Shown one piece after another: positions 15,688-24,491 of a stretch of 64,000 nucleotides of DNA. The notes beneath the pieces were generated by a model that was given only the letters and a program-made list of their open reading frames with translations, ran no database searches and was not told where the DNA came from. The position numbers and the translations under genes were made by a program. This stretch comes from a virus: the IMG/VR virus record IMGVR_UViG_3300022413_000008, positions 4,315 to 68,314 of that record. One strand, 5' to 3'. Position 1 is the first letter of the stretch, and each line of letters starts with the position of its first letter.

Positions 15688-16573
15688 ACTCGAGGTAGGC
15701 ATCGCACGATACATCAAGGACCAGGAGCACCGCTGGGCTTCCGCTACGCTACATGAGAACACCGTACGTCTCGCCAGATTCGCAGCCAGCATGGGGAGCC
15801 AGACAGTGACTGCCAAGGCTGTCTGCTCCTACTTGAGAGAGCTGAAGCAGGACTTGCGTGAGCAAACGGTCGGGTTCCACCAGAGGACGATCAAGGCCTA
15901 TCTCAAATGGGCCGCGCTCAACGGATACGAACAAAGGGGCATAGCAGACAACGTGCATGTCCGGTGCCGTAACTCCCCGCTGAAACGCGAGACCGTTACT
16001 AACAAGGAATTCGACAAAATACTTGAGGCAACAGAGGAACTGTTTCCGACCTTAGTAGGCCCAATGAAGATGGCTTATTGGACAGGGCTCCGTGCGAGTG
16101 ATGTCTGGCGGTTAAAGCCTGAACACGTGGATGTGAGTATCCCTTGTATCACCATCGTGCCGCTCAAAACGAAACGGCTCGGAACCCAGGTGACGATACC
16201 ATTCGAATGGGGCACCCAATTGGGTGATCTCATTGAGGAGTTACTCAAAGTGACATCGAGTGGGCAAACCTTCTTCCCTTTCCCGAGCAAAGGCACTGCG
16301 AGACCAACGAACTCCTTCCATAGGAAAATGAAAAAAATCCAAGAGAAGGCGGGAGTGAGGAGGTTTACTTTCCATAGCTTGCGACGTACGTTCATTTCAA
16401 ACATCATGAATTCAGGTGCATCTCCCCAGATTGCGGGCGCAGTTGTGGGAATCAGAAGCCCCGTCGTGCTCGCACGCTACGCCGTGCCGCAAATGGATGG
16501 GCTCCAGGAAATGATGGAGACCGCAAGGAAATATACAACCAGAAAGGACAGGACATGGAATCGGCGGCAGTAA
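15665..16573 (+). CDS. Tyrosine recombinase
   Basis: YWTGLRASD (R), PLKTKR (K), FHSLRRTF (HxxR), ARY (Y). Confidence 0.9.
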   Translation: MRRKQQTELEVGIARYIKDQEHRWASATLHENTVRLARFAASMGSQTVTAKAVCSYLRELKQDLREQTVGFHQRTIKAYLKWAALNGYEQRGIADNVHVRCRNSPLKRETVTNKEFDKILEATEELFPTLVGPMKMAYWTGLRASDVWRLKPEHVDVSIPCITIVPLKTKRLGTQVTIPFEWGTQLGDLIEELLKVTSSGQTFFPFPSKGTARPTNSFHRKMKKIQEKAGVRRFTFHSLRRTFISNIMNSGASPQIAGAVVGIRSPVVLARYAVPQMDGLQEMMETARKYTTRKDRTWNRRQ

Positions 16574-17130
16574 AGGCCCTCAAGAAGGGCGATGTAATCC
16601 AGGTGCTTCAAGGAGATCACATCGCCACACTCGGCATCGTTACAAGCGCAGGCACATCCCTGTTGAAGTGCTGGTGCAGAAGCCCTCACCCTGACGCAAA
16701 GCAATATCACTTCGAAGTCGAAAGGTATTGCGTCAGGCGAATCGGACGAGGGGCCAAAGGGCCACCCCGCGCCAAACAACAAGAACCGGATAAGATCGTT
16801 CACAGGCCAGTTGCTAAGCCACCTCCGGAACTCCCAGCGGAAGTCCTGGAAAAAGCTAGGGAAATTGCGGAGAACATAGTGCCACAGGACGACTCAATTC
16901 TTGTGAGCCAGGCACCGGCCGCATGCCACCCGCTACCGATCAAGGATTACCATGAACCAGAACGAGATACCAATACCGCCCCCAAGAAAGCTAAGAGAAA
17001 AAAGCGTAAGTCCACGCGGAAGAAAGTTCAGTCTCCGGGTCAGGATAGCCGAAGTCGACGGAGGGAAGTATCTGTTCCGGTGGAGGGTCAGAATACAGGG
17101 CAAAATCTACCGGCGCCAGAAAACTCGTAG
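16555..17130 (+). CDS. Hypothetical protein (KOW/SH3-like N-terminus, basic tail)
   Basis: LKKGDVIQVLQG start; Pro/Lys-rich tail. Confidence 0.65.
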   Translation: MESAAVKALKKGDVIQVLQGDHIATLGIVTSAGTSLLKCWCRSPHPDAKQYHFEVERYCVRRIGRGAKGPPRAKQQEPDKIVHRPVAKPPPELPAEVLEKAREIAENIVPQDDSILVSQAPAACHPLPIKDYHEPERDTNTAPKKAKRKKRKSTRKKVQSPGQDSRSRRREVSVPVEGQNTGQNLPAPENS

Positions 17131-17260
17131 GTTCGTTTCTGACTTGGCGGCTCGCGAGTTTGCTAACGCACTACTGCTATCAGCCAAAAAGGAATGCCTA
17201 GGTTTGAACGCAAAGCCGGGACCGTTTACTTCGCCCATTCAGGAGATGCTGGAGATCTGA
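16952..17260 (+). CDS. Small basic protein, possible AP2/arm-type DNA-binding domain
   Basis: KYLFRWRVRIQGKIYRRQKTRRF...AREFAN; overlaps both neighbours. Confidence 0.45.
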   Translation: MNQNEIPIPPPRKLREKSVSPRGRKFSLRVRIAEVDGGKYLFRWRVRIQGKIYRRQKTRRFVSDLAAREFANALLLSAKKECLGLNAKPGPFTSPIQEMLEI

Positions 17261-17964
17261 TCTACGCGCTGCCCGCGATGCGAGCGAAGGCTGGCCGACA
17301 AAAGGTGGGGATTATCTTGACGAGACGAACCAAGGTGAGACGGCCATGGGATCCAGAGTGGGTTTGCAACGCAAGGTCACTGCTTGAGTTGCAACCATAT
17401 GTTTCTCACGTTCATTACCTTGAGGGCACTGATCAACGAACACGACTGTGGGATCACGATGTGGATCCGTTCCGACCCTACCTCATCAAGAGTTACAGAT
17501 GGGGTGCTACGATAGCCGACTATGTCTCCATTATTCTTGGTGTCTCTGACCAGTCATCGCATCAGCCATGGCTTGAGGTCGATGAGCCTTCCTTCGTTCC
17601 GGGGCGGAGCGTGATCTTCGCTCGTTCCAGTCGCTACCATAATCGGAACTTCCCTTGGAAGCGGGTCTATGAAGCTTATCGGGGAAAGTCCGTCTTTGTC
17701 GGCACACAAACTGAACATGCGGTTTTCCAGGGAACTTACGGGAAACTCCCGCTCGCTGTCACGCCTACCCTGCTTGACGTAGCTCGCCTCATTGCAGGCT
17801 CTAAGCTTTTCATCGGTAACCAGTCGGTACCTTACGCCATCGCGGAGGGGCTTAAGCATCGCACTGTTCAAGAGCCGTCGACCAAGATACCTGATTGCAT
17901 GTGGGCACGACCTAACGCTACATTTGGGTGGCGGGCGACAGTGCCATTGCCTGAGATAATATGA
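17194..17964 (+). CDS. GT9-like (GT-B) glycosyltransferase
   Basis: HSGDAGDLIYALP and LLDVARLIAGSKLFIGNQSVPYAIAEGL motifs. Confidence 0.8.
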   Translation: MPRFERKAGTVYFAHSGDAGDLIYALPAMRAKAGRQKVGIILTRRTKVRRPWDPEWVCNARSLLELQPYVSHVHYLEGTDQRTRLWDHDVDPFRPYLIKSYRWGATIADYVSIILGVSDQSSHQPWLEVDEPSFVPGRSVIFARSSRYHNRNFPWKRVYEAYRGKSVFVGTQTEHAVFQGTYGKLPLAVTPTLLDVARLIAGSKLFIGNQSVPYAIAEGLKHRTVQEPSTKIPDCMWARPNATFGWRATVPLPEII

Positions 17965-18368
17965 AGCCAATTACTGTTAAGAAGGATTGGGGGTCCGAAG
18001 AGTGGCTCGAGAACGAACTGTATTGCGTCAAGCGAATGACGTTGACCCAAGGCTGCATCTGCTCCCGGCATAGGCATCCGAGTAAAACCGAGACGTTCTA
18101 TGTGATCTCTGGAAAGATGCTTGTTGTTACCCTGCCAGACGGGGATGGGAACGACCTCACGAATACTCTACTAACCCCAGGCGGGCACATCACGATACCG
18201 GCTGGCATCTGGCATGAGTTTGTTGGACTCGCGCCAACCACTTTCCTGGAATGTTCAACCTTCCATTCGGATGACGATGTGGAACGATTGACACAATCAC
18301 GAGCTCTCACTGAGAGCGAGTTAAAACGCTATCGAGACACTGCCGATGCCTGTTCAGAACCTGCTTAA
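17961..18368 (+). CDS. Cupin (sugar isomerase-like)
   Basis: VKKDWGSEEW, SRHRH..KTETFYV and IPAGIWHEF. Confidence 0.85.
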   Translation: MKPITVKKDWGSEEWLENELYCVKRMTLTQGCICSRHRHPSKTETFYVISGKMLVVTLPDGDGNDLTNTLLTPGGHITIPAGIWHEFVGLAPTTFLECSTFHSDDDVERLTQSRALTESELKRYRDTADACSEPA

Positions 18369-19755
18369 ACTTGCAAAGGACTCCGGATATCCGGACCTAT
18401 CATACCACAATTGGCTGCTCGCCCAAGTCGAGGCGGTCAAGGCAACCCATATACTAGAGGTAGGAGGGCTCCAGGGTTCGACAGCCGTGGCCATGGCAAA
18501 GGCAAAGCATAACCCAAAGATCTCGATCATCGATGACTTTGAATGGGCCGACTACGATGCGTTGCGAACCAACCTCAGTAATTGCGTTGCCAAAATTTGG
18601 GAAATCGATAGGGGCAAGGACCTTGCTCGCATGCCAGAATTCTTGCTGTCGAATCCGGACGTGGACTTTATCCACCTGGATGCCGACCATGCCACCTACG
18701 GAGTTTTGGGGGAGTTGATTGCGGTTCACATGTATTCAGACTGCCAAACGGTAGTGGTGCATGACCGGATCGACCCCTCCGTTCAAAACGGGGTGAAACT
18801 TTTCAAGCACTGGTATGGGGAACACTGGGACATCCAAGAGGTGACCAATGTCTTTAACCATGCATACCTTATTCGTCGTCACGACCGCTCACGAAAACAG
18901 AGTTCCGCACTTACCAATATCATTGTCCCCCCGGGGATTGGGGACATCGCATGGGTATGGCAGAAACTTCCAGAAGATTTTGGGCCTACGTCTGTGCAGA
19001 TATGCCGAGGCGGGCCGCCAAGATCGAAGCCATTCTGCGAGATCCTTCCGGGTGTAACTCATGCTGTTGAAATCAACGAACCCTACCATTGGCTTTCTGT
19101 TCAGCGGATCCCGCATTACGCAGACCCACGCCTGTTCCGTGGGACATCCTTTCCAATGGAAGTCAACAGCTTCCTTGAGGGAGACTACACAATGGAGACG
19201 GTCTTCCCAACTGTGCCGACGCGTTACTCCATCCCGTTCAATATTGCTCCTGCGGTCGCAGAACGAGCACGACAGGCCATACCTGACAGCATACCGACGA
19301 TCGGTATCTACACAAGTAGCCAGGCGAACAAGTCGTGGGGCAAGCATTCACCAATCGACTGGCTGAACAGTGCCTCCAGAATCTATGAAACAATTAAGCC
19401 ATGCCGGATCGCAGTAATAGGAGCTGGCTTCGATCGTGAATATACTGATCCGATTTGTGCCGGATTGATGCAACGTAACATCCCTTACCTGCCAATCGTG
19501 GGCCAGCACATTGGCTTTGTGATTGAAGCTGTGCGCCACATGAAGGCGCTCTTCGCGTTCCCTAGCGGCATCGGCATCATCGGTTCGTTAGTCAACACGC
19601 CGACCGTAATGGGAATGCCTGGCCACCTACCTAAGCTGCAATACAAGTGGGTCGATCCAGCGATGAGAGCATCGGGCAGATTTATCCATCACCCAATTGA
19701 AGACCTCAACGGAATGACCAAGGTATTTCTAAATGAACTACGCACAGGACCCTAA
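18346..19755 (+). CDS. Class I SAM methyltransferase fused to a GT9-like glycosyltransferase
   Basis: N-half: ILEVGGLQGST, FIHLDADH, VVHD; C-half: PPGIGDIAW, FAFPSGIGIIG...TPTV. Confidence 0.75.
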   Translation: MPVQNLLKLAKDSGYPDLSYHNWLLAQVEAVKATHILEVGGLQGSTAVAMAKAKHNPKISIIDDFEWADYDALRTNLSNCVAKIWEIDRGKDLARMPEFLLSNPDVDFIHLDADHATYGVLGELIAVHMYSDCQTVVVHDRIDPSVQNGVKLFKHWYGEHWDIQEVTNVFNHAYLIRRHDRSRKQSSALTNIIVPPGIGDIAWVWQKLPEDFGPTSVQICRGGPPRSKPFCEILPGVTHAVEINEPYHWLSVQRIPHYADPRLFRGTSFPMEVNSFLEGDYTMETVFPTVPTRYSIPFNIAPAVAERARQAIPDSIPTIGIYTSSQANKSWGKHSPIDWLNSASRIYETIKPCRIAVIGAGFDREYTDPICAGLMQRNIPYLPIVGQHIGFVIEAVRHMKALFAFPSGIGIIGSLVNTPTVMGMPGHLPKLQYKWVDPAMRASGRFIHHPIEDLNGMTKVFLNELRTGP

Positions 19756-20437
19756 TAAGACAGGCGGCAGCACCCGCAACAAAACATTCATTGCGAACTC
19801 TACGTTTGAGTTTTGGAACATGGAGTTGATCGTCGAGACTCCTCCAACCACACCGATTGCGTACGACAAGGACTACTTCGAAGAATTTAAGAAACGCTCC
19901 AGCTCCGAGATCGCCGAACGGCTAAAGGCATTCCGCAAAGGGTTCGCTGAGAAACATTGTGAGTCCCCGTCAGACAACATCCTGGACTATGGCTGCGGCT
20001 ATGCGCCAATTGTGCGCGACGATATCTTGGCGGAGAGAGCCGGCCAGGCCAAAGCGAGGTGGTGGGCTTACGATATCAATGAGGCTTGTCGCAAGGGCAT
20101 CGACGAAAGGTGGGCTAGAACTTACCAAAAGTATCCCATGTGGTGCTTCTTTGATTGCATGGAGCATTTTTTTCGCCCCGACCTGCTCCTTGATTGGATC
20201 CCCAAAAGGTTTGTTGCCACTGTGCCTTGCGTTCCCGATATAAGCTGGCTCCATCCCGTGTTACTCCCAGCCTGGAAGCATTTCAAGCCCGGGGAACACT
20301 ACGTCTACGGGACGGCATTTGGTTGGGCTCACCTATTCCGGACTAGCGGATTTAAGGTGATAGAAGTAACCACAACAGAAAGTATTCTCGGTCGTGAACA
20401 CTCCGTCACATTCGCCTGTGTCAAAGATTCCAGTTAA
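19733..20437 (+). CDS. Class I SAM methyltransferase (start may be 19820)
   Basis: YDKDYF, ILDYGCG, YDIN, FFDCMEH and HFKPGEH. Confidence 0.85.
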   Translation: MNYAQDPNKTGGSTRNKTFIANSTFEFWNMELIVETPPTTPIAYDKDYFEEFKKRSSSEIAERLKAFRKGFAEKHCESPSDNILDYGCGYAPIVRDDILAERAGQAKARWWAYDINEACRKGIDERWARTYQKYPMWCFFDCMEHFFRPDLLLDWIPKRFVATVPCVPDISWLHPVLLPAWKHFKPGEHYVYGTAFGWAHLFRTSGFKVIEVTTTESILGREHSVTFACVKDSS

Positions 20438-21227
20438 GGGGTTAGCTGGCCCATGGGTCGGAGAGCTCGGATGGGAGATCATGTGCTGGCAGGGTCACCT
20501 CAGATGGCGGGCCGAAAATGAGTGCAGTGATCTGACAGTAGTCTGCGAACCGGGACATGAATTACTGTATCAGGACTTCGCCAAGAAGATTGTGAATACC
20601 CGCCCGGGTGTCATCTCGGATCAAAGGGATTGTTGGGCAAACCGGATAACAACCGAAGGGGCAGCGCTACAGCATTCCGACTACACCCCGACAAACTTCA
20701 CTAAAGTATGGGCACCTTCGCGCTTGAAGATTAGCCACATGCCACGGTCGTCCGGCTACCAATACTTCCAAGCCCAGACGTTCCGAAAGTTTCAGCTCGC
20801 GTTCCCCGCTGCTCAACCGTTGGTGCTGGCCCACATTCGCAACACCACCAAATGCGGAACGAGTGTCCGCAACTACACACGGTTCGCCGAGGTCTTAAAT
20901 GCCATGCCGAGCCACACGAAGGTAGCGACAATTGGAACAAAGGATCAGGCACAGCATCATGTGGGGGCTATCGATGCCCGCGCAAACTGCCTCCAGTCGC
21001 AAGCAGAGCGCTGCGGGGAGGCCTGGTGCATGGTCGGCCCATCGTCAGGACCAATGGTCTTTGCCATGCATTGCGGCTGCCCTGTCGTAACATGGGGTCC
21101 CGAGGTGCTGGCTCACCGTTACACCGACACATGGAACCCATTCAAAACACCCGCCGAATTTATTGTTGCCAATGATTGGCAGCCAAACCCAAAGTTAGTA
21201 GTAGAAAGGATAAAGACGTTCTTATGA
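20394..21227 (+). CDS. GT9-like glycosyltransferase (start probably GTG 20418)
   Basis: GPWVGELGWE and MVGPSSGPMVFAMHCGCPVVTW. Confidence 0.75.
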   Translation: MNTPSHSPVSKIPVKGLAGPWVGELGWEIMCWQGHLRWRAENECSDLTVVCEPGHELLYQDFAKKIVNTRPGVISDQRDCWANRITTEGAALQHSDYTPTNFTKVWAPSRLKISHMPRSSGYQYFQAQTFRKFQLAFPAAQPLVLAHIRNTTKCGTSVRNYTRFAEVLNAMPSHTKVATIGTKDQAQHHVGAIDARANCLQSQAERCGEAWCMVGPSSGPMVFAMHCGCPVVTWGPEVLAHRYTDTWNPFKTPAEFIVANDWQPNPKLVVERIKTFL

Positions 21228-21985
21228 TAGCCATTCTTGATCGCACATATAAGGGCGGAATCTACGAGTATTCCGCAAAGTTGGCCGAAATGCTTGGAGT
21301 GGAGCTGCACGCAGAAGATCCCGATCTGCCAGAAGGAGAGGCGCGGTACACGTTACTTCAGTATCACCACACCGTATGGACAGCACTTGCCGTCAGAAGC
21401 GTGCTGTCAAAAATAGAAGAGGGGGACACCGCATCCATCATGTTGCATGACCAACATTTTTCTGATCTTTTGCCCACTATGCTTGGTCAGTTCGATAATC
21501 GTTTCGTGTTGTCTCGAGAGCTCGAAGCCAGGATTCCGGACGCTACCTACATTGCCCCACCCTGCTTGGAGAAAAGCCCAATGCTCTTAGGGTTCGGCGA
21601 ATGGAGGAACAACCATGATCGAAACGCTGCTGCATGCGCTCTAGCTGGCTGCCAGTATGATGGAGAACCCGGGGTATGGGACTCCACTGACGATTTCAAG
21701 CGTCGCCTCAATGCCTGCGATGGGGTCATACTTAGCTACTGTGAAGCGGATGCAATTTGCTGGGCATCGTCGCTTGCCACCGCTCTAAGTACCCATAAAC
21801 CTGTCTTCCTATCAAACATCCGACACTTCGCGAGCGCACCGCAATGCTCGACAGTCTTTAAGCACGAGACCAAAGACGAGCTGGTTAACCAACTCAAGGA
21901 TGTCTACCGCATGCCATACATGGAGGAACACGATTGGCTGAAGCATTCGCAGTCAGTTAAGGCAGCAATGCTACCGTTGCAATGA
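21224..21985 (+). CDS. GT-B-like glycosyltransferase
   Basis: GGIYEYSAKL, CDGVILSY, SSLATALSTHKPVFLSNIRHF. Confidence 0.6.
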   Translation: MIAILDRTYKGGIYEYSAKLAEMLGVELHAEDPDLPEGEARYTLLQYHHTVWTALAVRSVLSKIEEGDTASIMLHDQHFSDLLPTMLGQFDNRFVLSRELEARIPDATYIAPPCLEKSPMLLGFGEWRNNHDRNAAACALAGCQYDGEPGVWDSTDDFKRRLNACDGVILSYCEADAICWASSLATALSTHKPVFLSNIRHFASAPQCSTVFKHETKDELVNQLKDVYRMPYMEEHDWLKHSQSVKAAMLPLQ

Positions 21986-22866
21986 GAACCGCAATCTTAG
22001 TCCCGGCTTACAACCGCCCTGACTTTTTTCGGCGCACACTCACCTCGTTCAAACGATGCCCCGAAGTAAGACAGGGGCAACTCCCTGCATTCTTCTACCT
22101 CGACGCCGGCCCCAACTCCCGGATCAGCCAGAACGCGGCCATTGCCTCGGAGTTTACGTTCCCAAAAACAATCGTGCGCAGGCCTGGGCATTGGGGGCTA
22201 GGAGTCAATCAGATCGAAGCTCGCCGCGAGGTATTTGATCGTGGCTTTGATAGAGTCTTCCTTATTGAAGATGACGTGGAGGTCTCAGCCTCATACTTTG
22301 GACTCATGTCGCGTCTCATGGATTGGTGTGAGGCCAAGGGCTACAATGTTGGATGTGTTGGAAGCGTCATCAACTGTCGGCTACCCGTCCAGCAAAAGCG
22401 GAACGCTCTCCGGCACGCTGGTGATGTATGTGCTCCATGGACAAACTACCTGATGACTGCGAAGGCATGGAAAGATATCTGGCCGACCGTCTATGAATAC
22501 CAGGACCGTTTCATCGTCAATCGTCCCTACATGAAGCGTGACGTAAAGACAATCCAGCAGTGGATGAAAGCCAAGTCAGCAACCTTCACGACCAACCCGA
22601 CAAATTTTCCGGCGACCTACAATGTGCGACATCGGTTCTGCCGAACTGACTGGCACCCACCCACAGGACAGGACGGAGTCTGTGAGATGGCTCTGAAGAT
22701 GCATGGCTACGCCCGAGTCCACACGATCGTCAACCGAGTCTTGTTCTACGGTGAAACCGGCACACATAGCACGCGCCAATGGTTCATGGAGCAGAGGCTA
22801 AACGAGGTGCGCCTTGATGAGTTCCCGGAAGATGCAACGTTGAAGGATTTTGAGGAAAGAATATGA
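21982..22866 (+). CDS. GT-A (GT2-like) glycosyltransferase
   Basis: ILVPAYNRPDFF, FYLDA and FLIEDDV (DxD-type). Confidence 0.85.
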   Translation: MRTAILVPAYNRPDFFRRTLTSFKRCPEVRQGQLPAFFYLDAGPNSRISQNAAIASEFTFPKTIVRRPGHWGLGVNQIEARREVFDRGFDRVFLIEDDVEVSASYFGLMSRLMDWCEAKGYNVGCVGSVINCRLPVQQKRNALRHAGDVCAPWTNYLMTAKAWKDIWPTVYEYQDRFIVNRPYMKRDVKTIQQWMKAKSATFTTNPTNFPATYNVRHRFCRTDWHPPTGQDGVCEMALKMHGYARVHTIVNRVLFYGETGTHSTRQWFMEQRLNEVRLDEFPEDATLKDFEERI

Positions 22867-23588
22867 AAACCATCACCATACCCACCACCAATCGGCTTCC
22901 ATACTTCTTGACATGCATGAGTGGACTGGCTGGCAACCCGGAACTGTCAGACTGGAAGGTTATCGTACTGCAGACACGGAAGAATTTCTCGCCAACTCTC
23001 ACAGAAATGCTCGTGCGAAATCCTGAGCTCGATGTGTCGGTAGTTGTCGAGGATTGCCCGACACCAGACGAGGCGGTCTATCGGCTCCATGATTTGGCTT
23101 ACGGGAGATTCCACTCGGACGCCAACCTCTTCGTTTGCGATGACTTCCGGCTGGAATCGGACGCGCTTGAGTTATGTGATTGGTGGTTGCGGAAGAACGC
23201 CGAAATCGCTCGAGTTGGAGACGAACCGATTAGGGATTGCCTCAGCCTCTGCCTGTCCTGTGCCAACCGTCCGTCAGACAAGTCTGAGCGACTCGAAATA
23301 CTTCGCTGGTTTCACGCCGGCGCATTTCTGACCACTCGAAACAGATGGGTGGAATACTTCGCGTCAAGCCGCGAGGTCGACTCTAGGGGTTGGGATTACT
23401 CTATCAACTCCGTGCTCGCGAAACATAAGATGTATTGCTTATTTCCTGCTGTGTCACGCGCAAACGAGTTCGGACGCTGCGGCAATGCACACCTTACGCC
23501 AGCAGATTTTAAGGCACGCCACCCTGGAATCCAGTTACCGCCGCAACACTTCGATGTTGTGCCGGAACCGTTAGAAAACAAACCATGA
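22863..23588 (+). CDS. GT-A-like glycosyltransferase
   Basis: ITIPTTNRLPYF, LFVCDDF, GWDYSIN and PAVSRANEFG. Confidence 0.75.
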   Translation: MKTITIPTTNRLPYFLTCMSGLAGNPELSDWKVIVLQTRKNFSPTLTEMLVRNPELDVSVVVEDCPTPDEAVYRLHDLAYGRFHSDANLFVCDDFRLESDALELCDWWLRKNAEIARVGDEPIRDCLSLCLSCANRPSDKSERLEILRWFHAGAFLTTRNRWVEYFASSREVDSRGWDYSINSVLAKHKMYCLFPAVSRANEFGRCGNAHLTPADFKARHPGIQLPPQHFDVVPEPLENKP

Positions 23589-23767
23589 ACTTGCCGGAAT
23601 CCACCCAGAAGGCAGCGAAGTTTGAGCTCGTCTTGCAGGCACTCAAAGAGGCCAACAGGATTCTGAAGGAGCATGAGCGACGCATCGATCAACTCGAGAG
23701 ACGCATCATTGTTAAAACTTCGGCCGAGGATCGTAGTGCTTGTGGAGGGATGCCCGCTCCGCAGTAG
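23585..23767 (+). CDS. Small coiled-coil protein
   Basis: 60 aa; last gene of the + strand arm; overlaps the convergent gene. Confidence 0.55.
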   Translation: MNLPESTQKAAKFELVLQALKEANRILKEHERRIDQLERRIIVKTSAEDRSACGGMPAPQ

Positions 23768-24491
23768 TCCACTGTTTATGTCGAGCATCTGGAATCCCAA
23801 ACCTCTCAGCCCACGCGAGATATTCCCCGGATAGGTTCTGGTAGCGTCGCAAGAAATACTTCGCGTGCCGTCCGGAATGGTCCGTGATCTCGGGGCATAG
23901 ATGCACACGGTTTTCGAGGGCGCTATTCCTCACGGCATCCCAGAATACTTCCACGAACTGATCCTGGTAGCTCTTAGAATGGTGGATCTGATGTTCATAC
24001 GCTTCCTTTAGCCACTGCGCTGACAACATCCCAGGTCCCACGCGCATGAATGCAACGTCAGTTAGCATTGCGAACTTGGCGAACTTGGTGTGCCCACGGT
24101 GGATCAGCCGAGCATTGGGACTGCCAGGGAAAACTGCTGCAACAGCCGGATTAGCCGCAAATCGTTCTTCGACTATTCGCTTCACATCCTTATGGATGAT
24201 CATGAACCGTTGAGAGGTCTTGACCGCCACGTCAGCACCTACATGCTCGGCAAGCGCTAGAGCATCAATGAAGGCCTGCATGTCACCCTGGAAGTGACCA
24301 ACCGGAGAATCATTGGTCTTGAATGAACACCTATGTTGGCCGGCTATGGCACGATTCTGCGGTGTCTCTGGAGACCGGTCGTCCCTGACCTGAATGGGCA
24401 GGTCATCGCCAAAGACGCCCCTAAGGAATCGGATGTTCAGCTCTGTGAAATGGGGAAGCCCAGCACTACCTACACATGCGGCATACTTCAT
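23712..24491 (-). CDS. Hypothetical protein, possibly GT-A-like
   Basis: 259 aa; VRDDRS and GHFQGDM; coupled to the giant gene. Confidence 0.7.
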   Translation of the reverse strand: MKYAACVGSAGLPHFTELNIRFLRGVFGDDLPIQVRDDRSPETPQNRAIAGQHRCSFKTNDSPVGHFQGDMQAFIDALALAEHVGADVAVKTSQRFMIIHKDVKRIVEERFAANPAVAAVFPGSPNARLIHRGHTKFAKFAMLTDVAFMRVGPGMLSAQWLKEAYEHQIHHSKSYQDQFVEVFWDAVRNSALENRVHLCPEITDHSGRHAKYFLRRYQNLSGEYLAWAERFGIPDARHKQWTTAERASLHKHYDPRPKF

